Shown: piece after piece, positions 50,174-62,431 of the stretch
Layout: each line of letters opens with the position of its first letter
How positions within the stretch are numbered: position 1 is the stretch's first letter
Source: Calcarisporiella thermophila CBS 279.70
Lineage: Eukaryota > Fungi > Calcarisporiellomycota
DNA: 64,000 nt
Reading direction: 5' to 3'
Assembly (NCBI RefSeq): GCF_041956535.1
Contig: NW_027192215.1
Span: 427,179 to 491,178, forward strand
Translations under genes and position numbers: made by a program
The notes under the pieces: generated by a model
The model's database searches: none
Told to the model about the DNA's origin: nothing
The model's input: only the letters and a program-made list of their open reading frames with translations

Positions 50174-51557
50174 ATATTTGTTACTCTTTTAATGCCTAGC
50201 TTAAAACCTCAGAAAATTGAGTCACAACCTAAGTTACAGATTATATTGTGATGTAACGAAAAATCCCAATTTGCCAGATTTTATCCAAGCTTGGCTGAGA
50301 TATGCCTAATTCCAACAAATTTTTAAAAACTCGCGTTTTACAATTCGGTCTGGGCCATAAAACTCTGCCTCAAACATTATCTTAATAAAACCGCGGGAGG
50401 CGAAGAATTTTCTCTTGTCACCTGAGGGTGGGAAAATTTGGGTATTTGTAGCAGTATTATTTGCTGTCTATGATTTCATTAGAGTGCTTAGTTTTTCTGA
50501 GATCTGCATTGGGATAATATTTTTCGCACAGCTATACCATACAAATGCCCGGAGTGGAGATTCTATCAAGCTCAGGCACTATCTGAGTAATCTCAAACAT
50601 GACAAATGCATTTGCAGCTTCCAATCGAATTGCTTTAACTTTTCGTTTGTTCAATAAAAATTCATTAAAATCTAATTGTTTTAACAAATTAGAATGCACT
50701 GGATCGCTTCTCTATAAATTTAGCACTCATTTAGATCAGTTCAACCAAAGGCTCAGATTGAGCTGGAGGATAAATATCTACTAGATTATTGTTGGAATTT
50801 TTAATCAGAGTATATTAATCATCATTGAAAAAAGTAAGACAAAATTGCTGAACTATTTTAATAATAACAAGAAATCGTAAACAGGTAATATAGTTTATAC
50901 ACAAACAAGTAAAAATCAGGTTTAAATTAATATACTTGACAATTTCAGATTATCAGTCACGCTTGATCGTACTCCAACAATTATTTTGATCGGTATTATT
51001 CATGTTCCTCGATACTAGATCTTAAAAATCCTAGCCACTCCCAAAATGTTATAACAGTGCTTGTGAAACCTATCAATAGTTTAGTAGAATATGACTAGCT
51101 CGAAATATAATTTTCTCATCACCGCCAATATACCTTCCGAGCGTGTTTTGAAGTGGCGACAGGGAATGTTTGTGTTCCTTAGTCAATTGACAGTATCGAG
51201 ACAGGTAAGTATGTGGCGGAAACGGATACCATCCGAATAATGCCCAGTAAAATTTTGCTGAGAATATCAATGAAAGTCAGAATGGAATTCGGCTTTGGTA
51301 TTTGTTGAGTCCTTATTGGGTTCTGTTTGAATCGTGCGCTGGAGTTTGAATTTTTTTTCTGAAACCGTCTTAATTTAGCGTGCACAAAATGAGGCAACCA
51401 AATAGATTAAGTAGACCAAATTCAAAGTATGTGGCAAAACTGAAAGACTTAAGAATAGAGAAATCTGTATACTTGTTGGGTTACAGGCTTTTAAATAATT
51501 TTATCGTATAGATGGAACACAAGTTGAATATACTATTTATACTCATAAATTAATGAA

Positions 51558-51998
51558 ATGGGCATTTTCCTCGATCAAGCTTGGCTTGACTGGTTTACTA
51601 CTTTTAAAAACAATCCGCCGGTTCTTGGGTTCATCGTGGAACAAGCGTATCTCAGTAGTATTTCGCAAAAAGGACTAAGTGTAGCAGGCCTAAGTTTCCG
51701 TAATATGAAGACCATAGTATTCGATAGCGATATTCCCATTTACGATACAAGTCTCGAGCTGGCACTTTACGTTCCACTGGTTTATAATTTCAAGGCAATC
51801 GACGGCTTAGTCTTGTCATTGGATAAAAAAAAAAGAATTGCACATCTAGTTCCTATCCAGATATATATTGCCAGAAATCGTGTTGATTCAGAACCAGAGT
51901 TATTTGCTAACTGGGACAAATGGACTGAGAAACTAGAATCTGAAGGGTATACAATTGAGTTAATTCGTGCGTTTCTACGACGTAAGACATATCTTTGA
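51558..51998 (+). pseudogene. Crinkler-type C-terminal REase-like fragment
   Basis: NPPVLGFIVEQAYL...LYVP..YNFKAIDGLVL...LVPIQI resembles CR-REase modules; no header or NTPase upstream. Confidence 0.5.
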
Positions 51999-54199
51999 TT
52001 ACAAGTACCTATTATAAATAAATAGGGATATTAATTGGGAGAATAGAGAACTTATTAAAGTATGTCAAGTAGCATTTGGAAAATAGATTATCCTTTTCCT
52101 CTAAATCACCTTTTGGCTCTACTCTACTGAATATTTTCGATGGTATCGTATCCAAATTGCATTTATCTATCTCCATTGGGGGCATATTCTCATCATTGCG
52201 GTTATACACGTTTGGCTTGATGCGACTATCCTTCAGCTTTTCTGATTGATATGACCCTAAGTGCCAAAAGTTAGGTTTATTATTTACTTTCTCCATTGAT
52301 GAATAGTAAAACAATCAATAATATACAGCACTTACGCCTACTATGGAAAATTTGCTTAATCCATTCATATATTGCCCAATCCGATCGAGTGTCTGGAAAT
52401 TCGCTATACTCTTCTTTGAACTTATGGTACATCAAACCAAATTTACATTGTAGTACACTGTCAATGTGCCAATTGTTTTTTTAAATTATACCTTTCGAAC
52501 CACTCTCTTAACTGCCGAAGAATCTTGAAGCTTATATGGTTTATCAAAATCAAATTAATTTCGTCCATGATTCTACGCAAGGTATGCTGTAACCGATTAT
52601 CAAAAGTATCCTAACCCGTGGTCCTCATCTAAATTCTTAGTCATATTGTTGCCATTATCACTGTTGCCTAGCTCATTATTATTGCAACCACCGCTGCTCT
52701 CTTGCTCGAACTGTGGTTGAATTCTTGCAGTGAATTCAGAAACAAGCGATAGCGCAGTTTCAGGCGTGTATTTATCAGCAATAAATTTTACAAGTTGATC
52801 ATATAAACTTTTATTTGAATTTGAAGTGAAGGAGCCTTGCTTATTGAGGTTCATAGTTACAAGAAAAATGCAAAAAATTAGATAGAGAGAGCACGCAGTA
52901 TTATGAAAAAAAATACAAGTCAAAGAAGATAAGACAAATATTTCTTTAGCAAACAAAAATAAACAATGGCCATATGTTCTATGGTAAGATGGAGATTTGG
53001 CACTACTAGAAATTACGAATCAAGTCCTTTACATTAAGCCTTTTTCCCTAACAAAGAAAATTGGATCCTAAGCATTACCTAAATAGTTAGTGAGGATCTA
53101 AATTTAACATCGATTACGTCATAGTCGATAGCCAGAATAGAGGAATTCCAATCAACACCACCGAAGGTGTTGTGCAAAATTAGTAACGATTCTTCGAGTC
53201 TCCTTCTTAAAAAGCTCATACAGATTCGGTTCATCGAATTTTTTTGCAAAGTCAAATTTCCCCCGCATTATTATTATATTTATATTAAAAGGAGTCTCTA
53301 AATTACTCGAAATTGAGCTGTTTAACCTTCGTCATCTTGAATTAATTTATAACATTATTAAACAAATTTTATACCCATTTTCAAATGGCCCGAAGTAATG
53401 TAGCCTGTCTATGTCCTTTGTGCAAGGGCAAAATGGAAGACTTACTCTTTGTAGGGATGGCTAAATGGCATTTTATTATGTGTAATAGATTCTATCGAAT
53501 CATATTCAAATTATATATTATTTTACGGCAATAATCTTAACAAAGATTTTTCTCAGGAAACTGCTTAGTCCAAAGTCAAAATGACAGAGTTAAAAGAGAG
53601 ATATTTAATATAGAATGCGGTATTTGATGGCCTATGGCATCTTGTAACAATCTTTGGTTTGTTACCTTTAATAATTATAACAGATTTGGGAAGAGCAATA
53701 AAACTAATCAAAGAATGTATATAAAAAAAGAAAGTGAATGTAATCAAGGTTTAGAGCCGCATCATGATTACTATCGTGATACAAAAGAAGTGTCCTTAGC
53801 ATATGTTTTTCTAATATGAAATTCTCTCAGCATACGATATCTCAACAAGCCCTTTTTTAAGTCAAGAATATTAGTCATTCTTCTATGATAAATATTAATA
53901 TCTTCCAAGATTACCTCTATTTGAGAAGCCAATAGTGTTTCTCTACAAACAGTACTCTGGAAAGATGTTTAAAGATAGCCTCTACTCATATTTTAGCAAT
54001 AATCTGACTCATGCTGTAGACTCACTTTTCGCTAGTGAAAGTTCAGTATTACATGGCTTAATGCCTTGTGTGATTATTAGTAAACTTAGCTGCATCCATG
54101 TCTATATAAAAGTAAGCATTCTTCCCACCGTTTTGTTGATTGGTACCAGCTACATTTTAATTTTAAATTCTCACCTAACTTACACTCTTCCACAATACC

Positions 54200-54469
54200 A
54201 TGAAGTTTTTTGGTCTCGTTCTCCTTTTTGCGTCCGCTGCTAACGCTGCCGTCTACTACTGGTGCTCATCCAGCACGACCAGCTGTGTTCGTCCCGGTGT
54301 TGGACCGACATACTCCTGTGGTGAAGGTGTCTTCCACAACTACATGAGCGATGGCCGCCATAAGATGTGGAAGACTGGCGGCGAAGAACTCAGTCCTTTC
54401 TGGCCAGAATTCCAACAATGCTGCCATGATGGGGGCAGGGGTGGTTGTTATTCAATCCATAACGAATGA
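54200..54469 (+). CDS. Small secreted 6-Cys protein (89 aa)
   Basis: Signal MKFFGLVLLFASAANA; C..C..T..C...F..CC...C; tatataaa at ~54103; biased codon use. Confidence 0.85.
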   Translation: MKFFGLVLLFASAANAAVYYWCSSSTTSCVRPGVGPTYSCGEGVFHNYMSDGRHKMWKTGGEELSPFWPEFQQCCHDGGRGGCYSIHNE

Positions 54470-54800
54470 AGCTACTAATTGAACAGAACCATTAAAAAAT
54501 TGTTGTAACTAAATTAAATTTAATGGTAAATTTTTTAGCAATAAATATTGCTTGTCAAAATATTCTCGTTTACTTTCATTAGAGGAAATAAAAATAGCTC
54601 CAGATGTGTTGGTGCACCCTTGTTATTTTTACTTATACCCAAATGTTTCTTTAATGACAACGCATGAATAAAAACACGCGTACGCCATCAATGTTCCATT
54701 TAAAGCCGTCTGGATCAAGAACTTTAAGACGAGATGAACGGGGAGAATATTTTCTTGGATGACATTCACTGGACGCTCCATCACAATGAGTTTGTCTACC

Positions 54801-55169
54801 TGTAACAGTTTTTGAGGACTGTTAGATATCCTTATTCTTAAAGAATAGAATTCATTTCAAGATAGAATGGAATTCAGGAAAGAGGTCTTATTAATAAATA
54901 ATAATAATAATAAAAGGGTAATTAATATCTCACCTTAAAGAATAGAATTCAATTCAAGATAGAATGGAATTCAGGAAAGAGTTGAGGAACAATAAACAAA
55001 AGGGAGTGAATTTAAATAGAATCTCGGGAGTATCTAAGTGGAACATTAATACACCAATAATAAATTTGTGGTCAATAAGTATATAAAAGGAAAGGTAATT
55101 AAATAAGTAAATAATGTAAATAAGGAAGTATTATAATTAATATTATAGTGTAAATTCGGTCGTGTTACA
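54801..55169. mobile_element. Solo LTR related to LTR D
   Basis: Perfect TGTAACA...TGTTACA termini, 5-bp TSD CTACC (54796-54800, 55170-55174); internal 48-bp direct repeat at 54837-54884 and 54934-54981. Confidence 0.85.
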
Positions 55170-55609
55170 CTACCTAATTTCAAAGTCCAAAGCCACAGCA
55201 CCTGAAGTTGAACGCTTATTTTTGGGTAATGCATATTGTCTGCATGGACCTAGTATTTTCTCCCATCGAGATAGTAAACTCGCAGTGGTATTTGGCAAGA
55301 ATTATATTGATGTTTAGGGACAAAGCTTTCTTAACCATTTTCCACCCTCAAACTGATGGTCAATAGAAAGGGTGAGCCCTTCATTCATAGACACTATAGC
55401 AAATTTCAGTTTTTTTCCGCGTTTTGAGATGTTTTTACAGATAATTACTTCAAAGAGCAAGTGAAACGTTGATCATTATGTCTCTGCCAGAAATCGCCGT
55501 ACAGTATTTATTAAATCTGCAGATCCATTACAACGACATTAAATCATCTTTTATAAAGAACTATCTTGATATAAAACAGATAATAATAAGAGAATATAGC
55601 TAAAATAAG

Positions 55610-55870
55610 TTACCACCAGTTAGGCCTTGTATCACGATTACATCTACGACAGCATTGATCCCACATAACTTTATCAACCGTTTTAATATTGTAACAATAG
55701 CGTGACGTCTTTTTCCATTCACCCTTAAGTTCACAACAGTTCATTGTGCATCCCCAATCAAAAAGCTGGCGACCTTGAAATTTACATGCAACGGACCAGG
55801 CATCTGCAGTCCCAAGCAATGTGGTAATCGCTAGAAAAACAAAAACAAAAATAGAGACGAATTTGACCAT
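55610..55870 (-). CDS. Small secreted 8-Cys protein (86 aa)
   Basis: Signal ending ADA|WS; C..C.T.NCC...CYNI...CC..C; paralog of 57239-57463. Confidence 0.85.
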   Translation of the reverse strand: MVKFVSIFVFVFLAITTLLGTADAWSVACKFQGRQLFDWGCTMNCCELKGEWKKTSRYCYNIKTVDKVMWDQCCRRCNRDTRPNWW

Positions 55871-57238
55871 TTCCTAAAATTTATTTTATCGATTGTATTA
55901 GTCTTATGGAAGAACACAAAAAGTCAGAATTAGATTATATCCTCTACTCACTGAGTGGAATTAGTATGTCTTAAGAAGTAAACTTAATAATTAGACTGGA
56001 GATCTCTGGTTCAACTTTTTGTGTTGGTACTTGCAACTCCCATTATATAACGTTTTCGAATACGCGTCATCAGGAAAAAATAACCAATTAATAGTTTGCT
56101 CTTCACTTGATAATATTCTATTCTGTCTTACTAGCTGAAAGATGAGTAACCTTTCAAATATGTTTACAGATGCGCCAAATGAAACCAAGGTGAGTAATAC
56201 TTAAGCTTAGGTACATTTCCGACGAATCCCAGAATAGTGGAATATATGCATATATTATTGCCACAGCAATTAAAGCTGCGTTCGAATTCTACTACTTTTT
56301 TTGGATAATATATATCGGTAGGGGTTGATTTATTGGAAAGAATTCTGGGCGGGATACATATATTCACTACAGAATTTTTCGAATATTACGTGTCTATTGT
56401 ATAATTCGACAACCCATTATGCCACAAAACAAACCCAAAAATTATATTTTTTTATTATTCAATAGGTATAATAATAGGTAATTTTGGTCAGTAGTATTTA
56501 TTAACTATGATCTTTCGACGAAGAAGGTAGTCAAAATTTTAATGTATTCGTAAGTATTTTCAATTTTTCCGGAATCATTCCATGTCTGCTTAAGTATTGA
56601 TACATATAATGGTATTTTGATTTGATAAAAATTTTAAATAATAAATTAACTAATACAATTGCCAAACATGTTTATTTATGTAAGAATACTGTATAAGCAT
56701 CCAGCTCATGCTCATCCAAGTGATTCGATCTCAACCACGTTGTTTAGAGAAACGATGACTTCAAATTCTATTGCTGTGATTTAATCAATATAGTCACTGT
56801 TTCACGATACATTATATCTATGTCCAATAAAATTAATAGAATACAATTGAGTTAAGAAAAAATAGGCTCAATGGGCTCGGAGACTACTCCACTTGGTCTA
56901 ATATTTTGTTCTTGCTTCTAGTTATCACTCATTCTCTTGATAGTTTAGTTAAGAAAATTATTATCAATATATTTAGCATTCTATCAGCTTCTGTTTGGTT
57001 AAGTACTTTGCGGTTTAAGTTAATGCCTATTTTGAATATCAAAACTAAAGTTCAGATTGTGTAAATTCATTATCTTAGGAATTACTATCATAAATATTTT
57101 GGGATCAACTTATATAGTATTTGAAATACAAGTATATAGCTTATTGTTATCTGAGAATATTTAATAAATACAGAGTTTTATTTCTGGTATATTTAAATAA
57201 TATATGTGGCTCTGTTACAAAGGTTGCTTTTCTCGTAA

Positions 57239-57463
57239 TTACCAGCACTTATCGAATGTGCTCCAACGGTCGCAGCAGCTCTTATATTTGCCAATTTCAT
57301 CCTTATCGATGTTGTAACAATGGCTCGTTCCTGCAGTCTTCCAGCCCCAGTCTGAGCAACAGTTCAGTGTAATCAAGCCGTTCTTGCATTTACATGACCA
57401 GGCATCGGCAGCACCTTGCAGAACAAACAAAGCGAAAATAAAAACGAAAAGTTGCTTAAACAT
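57239..57463 (-). CDS. Small secreted 8-Cys protein (74 aa)
   Basis: Signal ending ADA|WS; CxC..T.NCC..HCYNI..CC..C; tatataaa upstream at ~57530. Confidence 0.88.
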   Translation of the reverse strand: MFKQLFVFIFALFVLQGAADAWSCKCKNGLITLNCCSDWGWKTAGTSHCYNIDKDEIGKYKSCCDRWSTFDKCW

Positions 57464-59178
57464 GATTTTTAATAGCTCAGGAATAATATTTTCTAAATTT
57501 TTGTATTATGTTCAAATCTTTTTGCTTTATATAGATTTTCTGAGTTAAATATCTAGTGAGAAATGATAATGACTAAAATTCTTCTATGGAAAATCCATGA
57601 CTCATCTCTTTGACCGTCGCATTTCTGATCAAAAATTAATTGCTATCAAGTCCCCCTCTTTAAAAAGTCAGATTTCCAAAATATCCAGTAAAATCATAAA
57701 TAGAATAAATGATAAAAAAAGTAAGGGTTAGCCTGGAATAAAATACCTATAATCATTTACACTAATGAATAACTTGCACCTATATTTACATTCATCGTTT
57801 ATCTACCCAAACCTAACGTTCTAGAGAGTGCATAGCAAGTCAAGACTCCGCAACATCCCACAATTAAAACCCCGCCGATTCATAAACAGGAGTAATTATT
57901 AAAAATATAATATACAAACAATACTATATTATCCTTTCTACTTATCCACCACCTTACAATCTACGGCCATGTCATTTGCTATACTTATTTTTATTTCATC
58001 TATTCTAATTTCTGTGATAAATGCCAATAAATTTGGTCTTTGAAGTTCAAACAAACAATCGGACATATAGAAGTTGTCGGAGATCAGCCTTCAATATTGT
58101 ACTTTTTGTAGCATATAATTTTTTGCTTAGCTTGCAAATCTCAAACTCAAACAACTCCGAGCAACCATACATGTCAGATAGAATACTGTTCAAGTTCCCG
58201 TTGTGATTTCGGAACTGGTGGAAACAGTTATTGGATTCTTCAGTAATAATTGTCTTACCAGCCACTTTATTTTAAGATCCGCTGCTCAAATCGTTTAAAT
58301 CGGATCAAGCCATATTTTTTCGAGGCTAAACTGTAAATTAAAGAAACATACTATATAATATACTGACATTAAATTGTACTGTTTTTTTCCAATAAACTAA
58401 TGGCTTTGCTCGTAAAAAAAAAACAAGCTTACGATATTAATTTTTTAAAAGTAATCACACTGCTAAACTCCTTTTTTTATTTTTTGTTCGATTTGGTTAA
58501 AAATATCTCGTAAAATGGACACTCTGCGACAGGGAGAAACCAAGACGCAATTCCGAAAGCTTCCGAAAAAGGTATGTGCCTCAGATATAATTGCAGCGCA
58601 ACAGAAAATTGTAATAATTCTTGTGATCCCGAGTTTGATTATTCTTGAAAATAGCCTATAGAAATCACAATATTTGTAGAGTCTATCATCGTAACTCGGT
58701 AATGTTCTTTGTATGTTGTCAACTACCAGGCCGAGAGTGGCATCTTTTCACTGGATTCCAATACGCTTAACCACCAACTCAGTCAGTCTCCCTGAAAAAG
58801 GTATTCTATAATTTGAAACAACTTTAACAAGATGGCTGTGAAGAATATGCTTAAGCATTCGAGTGGCGATAAAGCGATAATGACTTTATTTATCGAATTT
58901 ATTTAAACTAGTCCCTACTTCTATATTCTTGACATTATTCTTACAATATACAGGTTGTGCAATAATTGTTGATGTGCTAAGCCACATTTTCATTATGATT
59001 TAATAATTTAATAACTACCCTAGAAGAATGATGGCAAAGTTTATTGTAAAAATATTTGGCATCCGCTATTTTTAGGAATACATGCATGCCACATTCAAAG
59101 AGGAGAAACTAAAACACCGGGGGGTTGAAGTTGAAAAATGTGTTGAAATGTACTTAGTGAATATACCAATTATATATA

Positions 59179-60110
59179 CAGCTTTGACAAAACGTTTTTA
59201 GCCCGCCTGTTTATTAGTACTTTGTATTTCCCCCTTTTGCATTATATAGAGCACACATCCGCTCCGGCATGCTTGAATAAAGCTTATTGATATATTCAAG
59301 ATCTATGCTATCCCACTCCTTCTCAATTCGTCCCCATAGCTCAGTCTTATTCTTTGGCAGTCTTTGGTAATAACTGAGCCTTCGCTTCAACTCACTCCAT
59401 ATGTGCTCCATAATGTTAAGATCTGGAGACTGAGAGGGCCACTCTAGTACCTCTATCCTATTATTCCGCAACCATTCACGAGTGATAATGGAGGTATGTT
59501 TGGGGTCGTTGTCAGGCTGGAATATGACTTGTGATTTAGGAATCCCATAATACTCCATAATACTCCATTTGAGGTAGTCTTCACTGAGGATAGTTGTTAG
59601 AGGACGACCAGGCGTGACTGGTAGTCCGATATATATTCCAGATAATATTTGTGTTACGTCAGTTAATAGCACACTTGTACGAGCATGCGTCTCACCATCT
59701 TTATTTCTTTTTTATCTCCTACCTTATCCCATCAGATATATATATAGTATGTGCTCTCCCTCTTTCTAATTCCGTAGTGTGTGTTATTTGTGTTATCCCT
59801 TCTGTCTGTTTACTTTCCTTTTATCAATATACTCTTATTAAAACCCAACAATAGTTGTGTACAATACGGAGTCGAGCCCTCCATCGATACGGCACAAATT
59901 ACCGATGCCCTGCGAAGTGACGCAGCCCCACGCCATCAAAGACCCACCACCACGTTTTAGCGTTGACCTGATATGGCGACTGCGAAGTGGCTCGCCTTTG
60001 TGCTTATAATAGTATTCTCTTCCAGTTGAATTCGCGAAGGTAATCTGCGTTTCATCTGAAAATACTACTCGCTTCCAATCATCCACAGTCCAATCTTTAT
60101 ACTTCCTCGC
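59179..60110 (-). mobile_element. Tc1/mariner DD34E transposon 3' part, interrupted by an LTR
   Basis: VVFSDE, WGC, FQPDNDPKH-(34 aa)-WPSQSPDLNIMEHIW, KGGNTKY*; TA+CAGCTTTGACAAAACG TIR-like end at 59179; removing 59595-59855 restores LYTTILSE. Confidence 0.88.
59595..59850. mobile_element. Solo LTR nested in Tc1 transposase
   Basis: TGTT...AACA ends, 5-bp TSD ATAGT (59590-59594, 59851-59855). Confidence 0.85.
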
Positions 60111-60382
60111 TGTAACTGGAGTCGATGTGTCAGTGTTCAGTGGAAAATTAAGGAGGAAAAACTATGGTTATTGTTATTAAAATTAACTAAGGAAAATAGT
60201 ACATATTTGTAAGTTAAAAGGTTAAAAGAATAATGCAGTGGTTAATGGCTTGGCTAAGTGGCCAATATCTTAACTAGGTGGCTATGAAACAAAAGAGTAA
60301 GAAACAGTGAAGACATAGATAGTGTTGCATAAAGATCGTTGTGGGGCTATGAGCATATCATAATGGAACGTATCCTCTTACA
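60111..60382. mobile_element. Probable LTR-type insertion truncating Tc1 5' part
   Basis: Transposase homology stops exactly at TGTAAC (60111); candidate end TTACA at 60382, but no TSD found. Confidence 0.4.
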
Positions 60383-60838
60383 GGAACGAGCAGTATTGAC
60401 AAGTTGATATCATCGTTCGAAGACCGTTTACAAGCAACCAACGATGGAAGGGAACAAACGAAAAAAATTATCCATCCAATTTTTCCGCTATGAACGATCC
60501 AACAGATCCGAGTCAGTAAAAGTCCTGTCGATCGAGAAGTTTTCAACCTTTTTTTCGTTTTCTCACGAAAACAACATGATTTATGCGTATAGTGGTTCTG
60601 CGGGAGACGAAAAAGTCGAGGTCAACCAGAAAATCCTTACAAAAAAGGATAAGCGGACGATGAAGCGGCCTCAGAAGCATAAGGAGGAGGCGGAGGAGAA
60701 GAAAACATCAGGGGTTAAAAGGCATATTACAAGGATTGAATCACTTGGGCGAGCGCTAGATATCGAGGGATTGTGCAAACGGATTATTAAGTTGGCGCTC
60801 TGATTATGCAGTTTATCCGGATGGGGGGTGGAAGAAGG

Positions 60839-61430
60839 TGAGGAGGAGGAGGAGGAGGAGGAGGAGTGGAGGGGCCAAAAGAAGAAATGGAGTCAAGGAA
60901 TCATATTTTCATTCTTGTATCCTAGAGAGCTTGGTTTAAGCCGGGAATTCCATCCCACTCTCTTGGCTGTCTCCTGTGGATTCCTTGACTACCATTTCTT
61001 CGAAGATTTATGTACATAATTTTCATACACAGGANNNNNNNNNNNNNNNNNNNNNNNNNNNNNNNNNNNNNNNNNNNNNNNNNNNNNNNNNNNNNNNNNN
61101 NNNNNNNNNNNNNNNNNNNNNNNNNNNNNNNNNNNNNNNNNNNNNNNNNNNNNNNNNNNNNNNNNNNNNNNNNNNNNNNNNNNNNNNNNNNNNNNNNNNN
61201 NNNNNNNNNNNNNNNNNNNNNNNNNNNNNNNNNNNNNNNNNNNNNNNNAGGAGGAGGAGGAGTGGAGGGGCCAAAAGAAGAAATGGAGTCAAGGAATCAT
61301 ATTTTCATTCTTGTATCCTAGAGAGCTTGGTTTAAGCCGGGAATTCCATCCCACTCTCTTGGCTGTCTCCTGTGGATTCCTTGACTACCATTTCTTCGAA
61401 GATTTATGTACATAATTTTCATACACAGGA
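60839..61430. repeat. (GAG)n microsatellite and identical ~180-bp repeat on both sides of a gap
   Basis: 60853-61034 is identical to 61249-61430 across the Ns; probably an overlap artefact. Confidence 0.7.
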
Positions 61431-62431
61431 GACTGTATTTGGGGAGAAATTCCTGGCATAGGATAGAGGTTCGGGAGCAATGGTTGATTACCTCAAAGGA
61501 AATGGGTTTATACTGCTAGCGAGCAAAACCTTTCCCTCTTTGAGGTTTCCTCCTGCCTTCAAACGCCGTTGCAGACCCCTCTATCCTATTTAATAAAGCG
61601 TTAAGAGGGTTTAAGAGTGGATAAAAATGCCGCTAGCACTAACCAACTGTATTATAGGGTTTTGAATATGACCTAAGGAGCGTATGATGATAAGTATGAT
61701 GGTAGGTATTTGGTTATATATTAATATAGTTAATAAAGTAAATATCGAGGTAAATATTAAGGTAAGTATTGGGGGAGGTATTAGGTTAGTAAATAAAGAA
61801 AAACATACTAGAGGAAGGGAGAATTTTGATGGTAGTTTTTAGAAAGCTACAACAAGTGATTGTGTATCGATTGCGCTAAAATGAGAGCTCCAGGATGGAT
61901 ATTCGCAGAGATATTAGCCCTCAAAGATTTTGCTAAAATTCTGGAGATTTATATCTAAATAGATTGGTCCAATCAAATCTCATAATTCTTATTTCTATAT
62001 TTCTGATTCTATCTGATTTTTTGTGGAAACTCCCATTGACATAAAACACCGTTAGAAATCATTGCAGGATGATTGGACAATTATTACTTGTAATCAGCCA
62101 CATGGATTTACCTAGGGAATATAGCTATATTTTAACATCAAATTATAAAGAAAATAAGACTTATCTCATATCATATATAAACTCTTGAAAATGAATGAAT
62201 AGAAGACAAATATGCGAAAAAATACTGATATGTAATATAATAACATAATCTCCAATTATTTATACTGCCCATATTATATGCTATAATGACCTCAATTCAA
62301 GATATTATGATCAATAGAAGAATATTCTTTGTGGATTAAATCGGGAAAGCTGAGTGATTTAGTCAACTCAATAATGTCTGAATTGCAGGTTTTGAGAAAG
62401 ATATGCTTCACCATTCGCACGTTGAGCCGCA

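Noticed and set aside
60853-61430. Perfect ~180-bp tandem duplication
   Set aside because: Identical copies abut a gap and start in a GAG microsatellite; typical unmerged contig overlap
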